Below are positions 12,023 to 23,329 of a stretch of 64,000 nucleotides of DNA, piece after piece. Location of the stretch: the NCBI GenBank assembly GCA_010093815.1, contig ML996566.1; one strand, written 5' to 3'. The translations under genes were made by a program, and so were the position numbers. The notes beneath the pieces are model-generated. The model worked only from the letters and a program-made list of their open reading frames with translations. It was not told the DNA's origin and searched no databases. Every line of letters begins with the position of its first letter. Positions within the stretch are counted from its first letter, which is position 1. The stretch comes from Pseudovirgaria hyperparasitica. Taxonomy: Eukaryota.

Positions 12023-13228
12023 TCAACACCAGCCATATTTCTCGTTGCTCACCCATTCCACCCCATCCTCTTCCTCCTTCGTCCCGTACCACATCAAGCT
12101 CGCAATGCTTTCGCAGTCCCTATCCACGACCTTGGCTTTGCCGTCTATCTGCTTTGCTGCGGCTACTGTGATTGACGTCGGGCTCCACACCTCTACCTCA
12201 TTCATATTCCACTGTGCCGCTTGTAGCTGGGCAGCGCGAAGTAGAGCTTCGACTGCCAGCTGCCTGCGCTGCTCTCCATGTACACGGTCGTTTGTACCAT
12301 TGTGGTGTGTCCCATTGACGGCAGTGCCGTTTGTCGGAGCAGCCCCTTCGTCTTCAACTACAAGGCGCAAGATATGCAAGGTATTGCCCTTGCTCGCCTC
12401 CACATCCGGATTGTACCACATCCGTGTCCAGTAGCACCACGCACGTTTACCTGCATCCAGCGATACAATGGCGCCCTTGACATCTGGTGAGCGACCAAGC
12501 AGTTCATAGCCCACAAATTCCTCTCGGGCATGATGCCATCTAATTGTCTCAATGTTTGGTAGCAACGCTACAGCGGGTGGCGCGTCTTCAGATCGTTCCT
12601 CCAGCGCTTTGCGTAGTATCTTCTCGTCTGCAGCACATAGATCCTCTAAATCGGCAGCACGTAGCTCCGACGCCGTCACAGGGCCTTTATGCTGGACTGC
12701 AGACGCCGGTACGGAGATATGGCTCGAAGGAAACGGTTTCCATCCGAATGACGCGTAGAACTTTTTCCCAATGTCCGAATACAACACCGAGAACAGGCTC
12801 TCAAAGCCCGTCTCCGCAACCTGGTGCGTCTTGAGTTTCGGCCCTAGCTCGCGCATCATGCGCTGTGCATACCCACGCCCACGATGCTCAGGGGGGCAGA
12901 ATACACTGCCAATGCCATGGCAGATGAGATCCTGCGTGCGTCCTCGGTGTGAGATGAGGGCTCGTTTGCGGAGAGACTCGCAGCCGCACAGCACTCGGCG
13001 TGTTGCAGTCGGCTCGGAGGTGTCGACGAGGACCCAGTAGGTGATTCCGGAGTTGGAGGATAGGGCCGTCTTGGCGAGATGTGCTTCACGGCGCTCGTAG
13101 GAATCTTGGGTGAGTGCACCGCGCCAGACGGAGCCATTGAGTGAGAATTGGTGGGCTTTTTCGGCCGCAGTTGGGTGGACGAGGGCTAGGGTGGGCGAGT
13201 CGCCGGACGGGAGAGGAGTGGAGGACAT
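12023..13228 (-). CDS. LYC1-like lysine N-acetyltransferase (GNAT fold)
   Basis: GIGSVFCPPEHRGRGYAQRMM acetyl-CoA motif; SVLYSDIGKKFY; WHHAREEF; C-terminal NEKYGWC. ATG at 13228. Confidence 0.85.
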   Translation of the reverse strand: MSSTPLPSGDSPTLALVHPTAAEKAHQFSLNGSVWRGALTQDSYERREAHLAKTALSSNSGITYWVLVDTSEPTATRRVLCGCESLRKRALISHRGRTQDLICHGIGSVFCPPEHRGRGYAQRMMRELGPKLKTHQVAETGFESLFSVLYSDIGKKFYASFGWKPFPSSHISVPASAVQHKGPVTASELRAADLEDLCAADEKILRKALEERSEDAPPAVALLPNIETIRWHHAREEFVGYELLGRSPDVKGAIVSLDAGKRAWCYWTRMWYNPDVEASKGNTLHILRLVVEDEGAAPTNGTAVNGTHHNGTNDRVHGEQRRQLAVEALLRAAQLQAAQWNMNEVEVWSPTSITVAAAKQIDGKAKVVDRDCESIASLMWYGTKEEEDGVEWVSNEKYGWC

Positions 13229-14000
13229 GGTAATGAAGTGGTTGACTAGAGATTCCAAGCTCTTTGTGCTGGCGTTTCACTAAACGGAGTCCCAGGGCCA
13301 ATACCGATTCTCACATAGACAGTCTTCTACAGACTATCCACACTATATTTGGAATGCAACGCTAGGGTTAATAGGAATAGAACGTGTTGAGGAGGCAGAT
13401 CGAGAGAATCAATTACTGCAGAGGTAGGCTGTAGATAGGTAACCCAAGAAAAAAGTGGACTGGTGTGAGGAGAGCAATAGCTTCAAATGCCCTCTCACGC
13501 GAGACAAGACATATATAATAACAGCCCAGTCAGCGAAGCCCGGAAGCCACGCCCACTATAAAACAGCCCTCCCCCCTGGCCTGCAGTGCCGCCCCGAACC
13601 TTGACTAAGAAACTCTGGGCAGTGGAGAGAGAGGTAGGTAAAGTTTCCCTTTTCCCAGACCAGCGATGCAGGTACGCACAACCGATGACAGCCGCCGTAA
13701 AGCGCCCAGGCCGTTCCTCACGTGGAGTGCTAGTGGTGGGTCTGCAGACCAGAACTGACGTTATGCTGGGAGTGACAATGGTAATACAGCAATAGGGGCT
13801 GACCATTTCTTGTCCCCGACGATCAATCAGTGGAGGAGGGCGTGTGGTGGTGGTGTTGTGAGGATGTTGTTTTCTTGTGACGGACTCGATGGCCTTGGAA
13901 CTAATCAGGTCTAATTATAACAGACATAGCAACATAGCACGCGGCAATCGCTTTGAATCTAGCGTCCGAGGCTCTGCTCCTTCCTAGGTTGGATTCTGTT

Positions 14001-14088
14001 AGCCTTGCCGCCTTGCCGCCTTTATGCCTTGACACCTGTGTGCCTTGATGCCTTGATGTCTTGATGCCTTGACGCCTTGTTGCCTCAA
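14001..14088. repeat. Degenerate 8-nt tandem repeat (tgccttga)n in intergenic DNA
   Basis: gccttgccgccttgccgcctttatgccttgacacctgtgtgccttgatgccttgatgtcttgatgccttgacgccttg. Confidence 0.7.
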
Positions 14089-14576
14089 AATCATTAGCTG
14101 CCGCTTCGGTTCGCTGGGGGCGTGAAAGCATCCACGGATCCACTGTTCCGTCCTTTATCAAGTCAAATCGCTGAAAGTCGCGCTTTTTGCTTTTTGTCAC
14201 TGCTGTTCGCCGCTTCGTGGTGAATCCAGGACATTGTAGAGGACAACAATCCACTACATTCATTCATGTACCTATGTGTCTGCCGCCCTCGGCTCCGACT
14301 CGCCGAGCAGTCAGTCCGTAGAGCTGTGGGTGCCGTTCCCTTGGAGTCGCTCCGAGTCTGAGCTGCACTGCACTCGGCGTGTTCCAGCTCGCTCACAGCT
14401 GCCCAGCAGTCACGGTCTGCCATATTTCTTCAGCTTTGCTTCACTTGCTCGCTCGTGTACTCGTCATTCACTTTACCCTCGTTCCTTACAGTATTCAAAG
14501 AGACGGCATTCGCTTGTATGTTTCTAACAGCTTCATCTACCGCCAGCCTCGCGTTCATGCTGCAATCACCACAAAA

Positions 14577-17546
14577 ATGCCGCCTGACCCCGATCAACAA
14601 GCCCCCGTCGTGATTGACCTTTCCTCTGACACTGAAGAAGATACAGCACCGGTGAGGCAGGATTTTCCGTCGAGAGCATCTCCACTGGCCGGTTGGAGAT
14701 TTCCGCCAGACGACGATCAAAGCAATGGCAGCGAGGACGATGACCGCTCTGATGTCTTTCACGAACTAGCACGTCGCGTCTCTTCCCCCGTACCGGACGT
14801 ATACGACAATCCAGGTAACTCATTTGACTTGGAGCCCAACGAATGGCCAGCTGACGATGCCTGGGAGGCTCTTCTAGCCGTTCCGAATCTGGACGCTCGG
14901 CCAGACAACCCTGATCAACGTCAAAGTGCGCCTGTTTCCCTAGATGAAGCCCCAAGTGATCGATCATGCGTTTCCTTGACAGAAGAGCAAGGTCTCGCCT
15001 TGGTATTGCAGATTTTCCCAGACATAGCTCATGATCACGTGTTGCAACGTCTTCGTAAAGGCAAGGCCGGCGGCAACTACACACAAGAGTGGTGTAACAC
15101 AGTTATCAGTCGGATTGCAGATGATGCTACGTATCCAAAGCAAAAAGATCGACTGAAGGAACTGAAGCGGAAACGCCATACATCAAGTAGTGATGACGAA
15201 GCCACTAAAGAGCCGGTGCTACCGAACTCGCCCGTGGGAAATAGTCCCAGATATATACAAGACGCGTAAGTTTGAATTATTTTCCCCCAGTGCCCCGGAT
15301 GCCCCGGCGGGCACATGTGCGTCACTCCGCCTATGGATTCTTACTTATAGTTGCAATGAAGCCGATGTGCCGGCATCTTTCTCGGATCGCACATACTCAT
15401 TCACTGCGAGATCACGCGGAGATTTGTGCAGTATACTTACTGTTTCTCTAGTAAACGCTTGTTGGGAAACGAATTCTTAGACGTACCATTACCCCACATC
15501 CAGAACGTGCTACGCAACGAGCAAACCCCATACCACGCATATCTAAAGCTACACTCACAGCAAAACGACAATAACATGCCCTTCAAAAAACTCCCCAGGC
15601 CTCGACAACCATACCGGGCGTCGGGTGGAGCGCCCCCCGACGATAATCTCACGGCTATGCTCCAGACAGCTAAGAAGAAATGTGACAAGGATAACGCGAA
15701 GCGCATGAAGCAGAAAAAGGCAGAGCAGGAGGAACAGGAGAATGAGAGGGCAGCCAGAGCATCGGGTTCCATCCAAGATTGCGGTTGTTGCTACACGTCA
15801 TGCCCTCTTAACCGCATGGCCTTTTGCAGCAGCGAAGATGCGCACCCATTCTGCTACGATTGCGTGTCCAGCTACGTCATGGCAGAGATGTCTCAGGGCA
15901 AATGTAGACCTGTCTGCATGGATACGTCCGGTTGTGGGAAGAACGGAGGCATGTTCAAGCGGTTAGAACTGCTTAAAGCGCTGCGAGGCAATACAAAAAT
16001 CTTGGATAAACTGGAGCAGATGCAGCAAGCTGAGGATATTAGGGAAGCAGGTCTAGAAGGCCTCGAACAGTGCCCCTTCTGCGATTTCCAAGCAGAATAC
16101 CCGCCAGTCGAAGTTAACAAAGAGTTTCGTTGCGTCAACTTTGAGTGTTCGAAGACAAGCTGTCGGTTATGCCGGCTGGAGACCCACGTTCCAAAATCTT
16201 GCGAGGAGCACGCCAAAGACAACAAGCTGGCTCACCGTCACATTCTCGAGGAAGCCCTCACTAATGCTTTGACCAGGAAATGCAACAAATGCAAGAAAAC
16301 CTTTCTCAAGGACTCAGGATGCAACAAGATATCCTGTCCGACTTGTCACAATAAGCAATGTTATTGTTGTGGCAAAGATGTAACGGACTATCAGCACTTT
16401 AGTGGCGTTTCCAATACCCTGGATATGGGCTCCTCTGAAGCGAAATGTCCTCTTTACGACAATACGGAAGAACGACATGCTAAAGACGTCGAGAAAGCCG
16501 AGAGAGTTGCGCTGGAGAAGCTCCGCGCAGAGAACCCAGGCCTAAGCGACGCAGATCTAAAGATCAAGGTGTCAGATAAGGTGCAGCAGGCGGAAAAGAA
16601 ACGTTTAGAAGATGCCCGAAGGGTAGAGTTAGAGGGCAGACCGCACCCTCCAAATAGACAACGAATTGCAAGAGCGTATGCCGAGGGAGTAGCGGGCCAT
16701 GTCCCCAATCTCGCCCATTTCGCCGACTACGTACCACCAGGCTTTGATCCGGTGGGAATGCCATATTTCGATCGTCTCAACCAACGCTATCTTGGCCAAG
16801 GGATCAGACACCATCACCATGTCCATCACCACCACGTCCAACTTCCAAACAATGCTCCTCCTGTAGCTGGCATCAATCCACACGGTGCACTGATGCTACC
16901 GGACTATCTCGCCCGTGCGGAGCCTGGAGGACCACCACGCCAGAATCGAAATGTCATGATAAACCCGATGGGAAATCACAGGGAGCCGGGTGGTGGACCA
17001 ATACAGGACATCCAGGACATTCAGCGTCGGCCTGCCGCACCGCGTATCGTACCTCAGGCTCAGCGAGGCGCTCCACCACAAGTGGAAGTATACGCAGGCA
17101 TTCAGCCACAGGCAGCTATACCACAACGTGCCAATCCGCAGCATGCCGTGCCTGGAGTAGCACAGAATGACCGTCCACAAGTACCAAATCCATATGGTCT
17201 GGTCGACGCGTGGCAACAATTCCCGGTCTTGAACCACCCACCACCACTCTTCCAGGCGGCGGGAACACACGCCAATATCGCGCAGCATCAGGAGATGAAC
17301 AGGCTTCGAATGCTACAGTTCATAGAGCATGAGCGCCAACTTGTTGGCATGCACGCACGACAGGCCGCTGCCATGCACGATCTGAACCGACGTCGCATGA
17401 TGATGGCCCGGGAGCTTCCTGCCAACGGCTTTCCGAACCCACAACCCGATCAGGCTGTGCGTGACAGACAGCTTATACGCGATCAACTGATCAGAGAGCA
17501 GCAAAGGCAGCTATATTTGGCTAGACATCCTAGGCAGGATCATTGA
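14577..17546 (+). CDS. RING-between-RING E3 ubiquitin ligase (RNF216/TRIAD3-like)
   Basis: RING1 CGCC..C..H.FC..C; IBR CPFC..C...C..C..C...H..C; RING2 CNKC..GCNKISC..C..CYCC. Intron 15266-15451. Low-complexity Q/P/R/H C-terminus. Confidence 0.88.
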
Positions 17547-17979
17547 CAGCTTGGCCCTGTCGAGCTCCCATTCATTGAGTAGCAGATTCCTCGCTTTATG
17601 TTAATTTCATTCCCCAGAATGGCATAACGTGTGGTGTAAACTGCTTTCCTTGTCATTCTTTCGTTGTTAAGGGGGTGGTGAATGGGGGGTTTGTTAGCAT
17701 CATTTCTTTTACGTGAATCCGTCATTCAAAGGTCCGCCAAACGCAAAGCCTATTGTCATCGCGGGGGGGTTGGTTAGCACATTGCAGCATTTTCGACTGG
17801 GCGGGCTTTTGCTATCGTTACAAAGTCTATTCTCACATTTCCGAATACCCATATGTTTTTTCCCCCAGTCAACGATCCATGGGGGTCGCACTTTCTATAT
17901 GTACATATTAGTGTAGATTTGAGCCCTGAGACTCGCGCTGTGAATTAATCGCTTATAAGCTTCTCAGCATCCTCGTTTG

Positions 17980-18762
17980 TCATTGGAACCCACTGCTACT
18001 ACTACTACTACTACTAGGAAACGTCTCCTGACTCGCCTCCTCCATCTTGCCACTCCCCTCCTCAACCCACACCTCCAGCACCATCTCCCCAGCCTCCACC
18101 GCCCGCACCGGCACCGTCCTCGCACCACCCAACTGCCCACCCCTTTTCCGGTCCCCATCGCCAACCCGCCCACTCACCTGCAATCCCGGCTCCGCCGGAA
18201 TCCACGGCTGCGGATGCCCAATCGGCGCCTCAGCCTCCTCCTTCAACTCCACCGCAACCGCGAAACTGCAGTCCGGCGGCAACGGCGCCAGCCTCGTCGA
18301 CACGCTGCTCAGCCGCGCCATGACGGCCCGGAAGCTCTCCGATAGCTCCACACTAACCCGATCATGCCTCCTCTCCAGCTCCGCGTCGCTCGGCGGCACC
18401 GCCCCTGCCCCTGCCCCCGCAGCCTCCGCACGCTCAATCACCAATTCCCTATCTCTAGGCGCCACGACGGGGAAGCGAGAGACGTCAAAGACGAAGCGCT
18501 CAAGGGGGACGTGCAGGGCGGAGTATATGACCACCACGACGTGGGCGAGGGAGTTGGAGGCGAGGAGAGGGGTGATTGCGGCGACGGCGTCGTTGATCCA
18601 GGTGCAGACGAGGGGGTGGCGGGATTGGTGGACGGGGTAGTTGTGGAAGCGGGTGGCGAGGAAGGAGGCGCGTGGGTAGAGGGCGCGGGTGTAGAGGATT
18701 GAGTGGATGGCGGCGGTGAGGAGGGAGGTGAAGGCTGTTGTGAGGTGGATGTGGGTTGACAT
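17980..18762 (-). CDS. REV7: REV7/MAD2L2 HORMA-domain subunit of DNA polymerase zeta
   Basis: LTAAIHSILYTRALYPRASF; YPVHQSRHPLVCTWINDAV; LERFVFDVSRFP; LPPDCSFAVAVEL; WIPAEP. Confidence 0.88.
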   Translation of the reverse strand: MSTHIHLTTAFTSLLTAAIHSILYTRALYPRASFLATRFHNYPVHQSRHPLVCTWINDAVAAITPLLASNSLAHVVVVIYSALHVPLERFVFDVSRFPVVAPRDRELVIERAEAAGAGAGAVPPSDAELERRHDRVSVELSESFRAVMARLSSVSTRLAPLPPDCSFAVAVELKEEAEAPIGHPQPWIPAEPGLQVSGRVGDGDRKRGGQLGGARTVPVRAVEAGEMVLEVWVEEGSGKMEEASQETFPSSSSSSSSGFQ

Positions 18763-19886
18763 TTTGTTGTTGTTTATGTTGTTGTTGACGGAGAAGAAGA
18801 AGAAAGGGGGTTTGCTCTGGAGAGACAGGGTAGATAGGGAGGGACCGGGCCAGGCTGGTTGTGTGTGTGTGTGTGATACAAGGGGCGCTCGGATGGGGAT
18901 CCACTCGGCGGTATGTGCTGCTTATGTGGATAGATAGATAGCGGCGGCCAGGAATCTGGGCTGGCCCCCTGGTCAGGTCCAGGACTGGGTCAGGTGGACG
19001 TTTTGCCGGTGCGCTTCGCGGACCGGGTGTGACGGATTGTTTTGAATAGTCCCTGGCAAACCTGGCAGGATGCTGTGTTGGATACGTGGTGGGTGAGGAG
19101 GTGGGTGAGGGAAGAGAAGCGAAGGGTTGCACGGCAGGTAGGATGTGCTTGGCCGGTCCTATCAGTCGCGGTCGCGAGAACAGCGTTCGTGCAACATTCC
19201 AGTGGACTGTGGGCGTGTTTGATCAGTAGAGTGATGTTTCCACGATGTGGGTTTCCGCGCGCGTCTTGGGGGAGCTGGAACGGACTGCCTTGGTTTGAGG
19301 TGAGGGGGCAGGGAGTGTTTATATGCAGACGTTCCCGGCTCGAGTGGTGTTGGGATTTGTAGAGGAGAGTTTTCTTGCTTTGTGTTTGCTTCTGCTTCTG
19401 CTACTTCTTCCTGCCTGCCGACCGTCACTTTGTTCGCAGAGTTCTTTTGATATCTTGTTCGTGAGTGGGTGCGGACTTGGACGCGGATTTCAGGCTTGTG
19501 TTGTTGGACTGCCACGAGTTGCTGACTGGTGAGTGTGATTCGTATTGCTGGGACTTGTTGCCCCAGGTCATCAGTAACAGTGACTTTAACGTCGTCGGTC
19601 GTTCAAATTGAATGAGGAAGTTCAGATAGACCTACGTCACTAGCCACAATCCGATCCATAGACAGTTCAGCCAGCCACCTCGCCTGCGCCACAGCTCAAA
19701 CCTAAAGTTCCCCCTCCTCTGCCCCGGACTCCAGAGGATTCGCCAAAAATAATTCCCCACCAAAACAAAGCCGCAAACTACTCCCCCAAGTCGCGATCCA
19801 CGCGTGTTACCACACTAAACATTCCTTCGATCCCACTGGTCACGCGTCCTCTATCAGCATCCTGGCTCACTAAACCTTTCTAAACC

Positions 19887-22800
19887 ATGGAGGAGCAACT
19901 GGTTCGCGTCCTTGCCGAGACGCAGTCTCCCCACGAGGGTCCCCGCAAACAGGCCGAACTGCAGATTCTACAATCCTATACCAATCCTGCCTTTCCACTG
20001 TCGCTCATCAGCATCGCTTCACACGACAGTGTGCACATCGGTATCCGCCAGTCCGCTCTGTTGACGCTCAGGGCGTTTGTGCTTGCTGGCTGGTCGGCCG
20101 GTCTGGACGAGTTCAAGGGCCAAGTGCTGGTCGATGATGAGAGCAAGATACGGATCCGACAGTCCTTACTAGAGCTTGCGACAAGCCCGACCGCGGATAG
20201 GAAGATCAAGGCCGTTGCTAGCTATGTCGTCAGCAAGATTGCCAGCGCCGACTACCCAGACGAGTGGCCCGACCTGCTGCCCACCCTGCTCCACCTCATC
20301 CCTACCGCGAACGATTCACAACTACATGGCGCGCTAAAAGTATTGGGTGATATGGTCGACGAGAGTCTCAGCGATGACCAATTCTTCGCTGTGGCCAGGG
20401 ATCTGATCACCGCCATCCATGCCGTCGTGGCTGATGAGAGTAAGAAGAACATGCTGAGGGCATTGGCTGTCAACGTTCTGCGCGGATGCTTTGACTCCCT
20501 GGAGATTGTGGCCGAAGATAACAAGGCGGCGGTCAGATCCTTTGCTGACGAAGTCCTGGCTGCGTGGCTGCCCTTCTTCCTCGATGTCATGAAGTCTAAA
20601 TTGCCGGAACCTCCTTCGGAAAAGGACGAGGAGTCGGAAACTCCTGCAGCTGAAGCATACCGCGGCTTATTGGCTTTGAAACTACAGGTGGTGAAGGTAG
20701 GCTCTTCTCAGACCAGAGTATGACAACGTACTGATCATGGCAGTGTTTGATGCGCATCAGGTCTGCTTTCTCCTTCCTTCTAGCCCAATACAGCACGGCT
20801 TTGTTCTCCGCAACATGGGACGAACTCTCATCGATCCAGGCTGCGTATCACCATATGTACATCTACGATGAGCGCCAAAGCAGATTAGAAGATTCGGACG
20901 GTCTACCTTACACTCTGGACTTTCTTGTCCTCGAAGAGCTGGATTTCATGCAGGCATGTCTGCGTGCTGCACCAGTCCGCAAGGAGTTGGAGAAACAATT
21001 GCAGAGCAACGCGAATTGGGTCACTGAATTCTTGAAGCTCTCCGTTGCTTTCGCGCAGATCACCACTGAGGAGGAGGGGTTGTGGAACATTGATGTAAAC
21101 ATTTTCCTATCTGAGGAGACCAGTGTCACTGCGAACTACACGCCCAGAACAGGATGTGGCGACCTCGTAATCAAGTTGGGCGAGTGGTTGAATGATCCCA
21201 CCATACAAGGTCTTCTCTCGTACACACAGACCCTCTACTCCTCAACGGAGTCGTGGAAAGCCAAAGAGTCCGCTCTCTTCATACTGGGACAATTCCTGGG
21301 CGACTATCAAGACAGAGACCGGTTCTTGAACTTTGAAGTCGGCAATGGCTTCATCGATTACGTCAAGTATGCAATGCAGCAGCCCGAAGAGTTCTTGAGA
21401 GCTCGTGGCTACCTTGTGGCTGGAAGTCTGGTCCGAAGTACATCACAGGGGCTGGGCCAGATTGGCGTTGAGTTCCTCGAGGCTACGATCCGGGCGATCA
21501 ATAGTGACGACTCCGAGGTCGTCAAAGTCTCCTGCATTCGAGCTATGCAACACTACATTCAGACTCTAGACCGCAGCGTTACCGCTCCGTTGCAGGAGGC
21601 AATGATTGCGGCTTTGTCCAACTATATCTCAGCACATGATATGGCAGACATGGCAGAAAGTGAAGATCTCCTCGTCACTTTTGTTGAGAGTCTCAGGGAT
21701 GCGATTCTATTGGATATCCGTGTTTGTTTTACCGGAAACGGTCTCGACCTCCTTTTTACGGTTGCAAGCCAAGGGTCTCATTTCCACCTTGAAGAGATTG
21801 TCAACGACACATTCGATGACGTTGTCAACCAGACCGCGCTTCTCGGCCCGGACGCGTACACTCAGCTATGCCATAAAGTCCTCCCAACAATCAATGGAGC
21901 TTTCGATGTAGGTACGCTGATAGAAGAAAGTACTTTGACAAACCTCGCCGCCAGTCTTCTTGCTACCCTCGCTGAACATGGCTCGGAACCACTTCCGCAA
22001 GGATTTGTCGCTGCAATCATGCCAAAACTACACAGGCTCCTACTTGGCTCAAATGACGACGAGTTACTCAAAGCTGCGACTCTCGCTGTCAAGAACATGA
22101 TCATACATGACTACAAGCAGCTGTTCGAATGGCACGATGAGTCCGGTAAGGGCGGTCTGGAAGTAGTGCTGATCATTATTGATCGCCTACTGGGCCCTGA
22201 TGTAGATGACAATGCGGCCGCAGAGGTTGGTGCTTTGGCTGCAGAAGTTGTAGAGAAGGCAGGCTCAGAGAGACTTGGTCCATTCCTGGAACAGCTATTG
22301 AAGGCTGTCGCTATACGACTGGGAAGCGCCTCAAAGATCCAGCTTATTCAAAGTCTGACCCTGGTGTTTGCACGCTTGTCTTTGGTCAGTGCCAAAGAGG
22401 TAGTGGACTTTCTAGCACAGGTTGAGATACAAACGGAGCAAGGGCCGCAGACGGGGCTCCAGACGGTTCTTGCCAAGTGGCTAGAGAACTCGATCCACTT
22501 TGTGGGATACGACGAGATTCGACAGAAGTGAGTCTGGCTTTTTGTACAGTTCGGAAGTGTTGCTGACTTTGCTAGTGTCATTGCTCTATCGAAGCTGTAT
22601 GAGCTTGAGGATGCCAGACTGTCGCAGGTACAGGTTAAAGGCGATCTTATCGTTCCCACCAGCGACCGCATCATGACTCGGTCGCGTGCAAAGCAAAGTA
22701 GGTACTTTTCTCGATCTCCTGTCTACCGTGACTTTCTAGCTGCGCAAAATGCACAATATGGCAGCAACAACAATTCTACACCGTCGTTGTTGTCGCCCAC

Positions 22801-23329
22801 TTCTTCTTCAAGCTTTCCGTCTAGCTACCCGGCTTCTATGTATTCTGCGAGCACTCCAAACACACCAGACTTTCCTAATACGCCACTTTCAACATCCTCA
22901 TTTCCTTCGAATGTCTTCAGCTTTAGCGATGAGATTCCGTGTACCAACAACGATTCAGATCCAGACCAATTCGCCATCATTCCCGCCCCCCTCAAGATTC
23001 TCAAAGTCCTTGTCCAAGAGCTTCTCTCGGCTTCTGGCATGGCTAGCCACCTCGATGGCAGCAATGCACAGGAGGCCGCTGATGATGAAGCTGACGACGA
23101 CGATGGATGGGAAGATGACGACGTTATCGATCTTGGCCTGGGAATGACGAAACAAGACCTTATGGGCTACGACACCGACGCAGCGACTCGCGGAAAGGAC
23201 GATGAGACGCAGACATATCTTCTTCAATTCTTCCAAGGCGCCTCGACGAAGCCTGGATTTGATGACTTGTTCAACGCGTTGACGCCCGAGGAACAACAGA
23301 AGCTGAGGGCTATGAGCTCAGCACAATAG
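19887..23329 (+). CDS. KAP114: Importin-beta family karyopherin, importin-9/Kap114-like
   Basis: IBN_N-like start (RKQAELQI..RQSALLTLR); KIASADYPDEWPDLLP; acidic C-terminal DDDGWEDD. Introns ~20697-20743, 22529-22575 and 22698-22958. Confidence 0.88.

Noticed and set aside
13361..13370. TAACCCTA-like telomerase template on the - strand
   Set aside because: Single short match in a promoter, with no room or structure for a TER.
18870..18975. Possible snR30/U17 (AGATTCCTG and CCCAT resemble m1/m2) on the - strand
   Set aside because: No ACA box at the expected distance after m2 and the basal stem pairs poorly; kept only as a generic structured leader.
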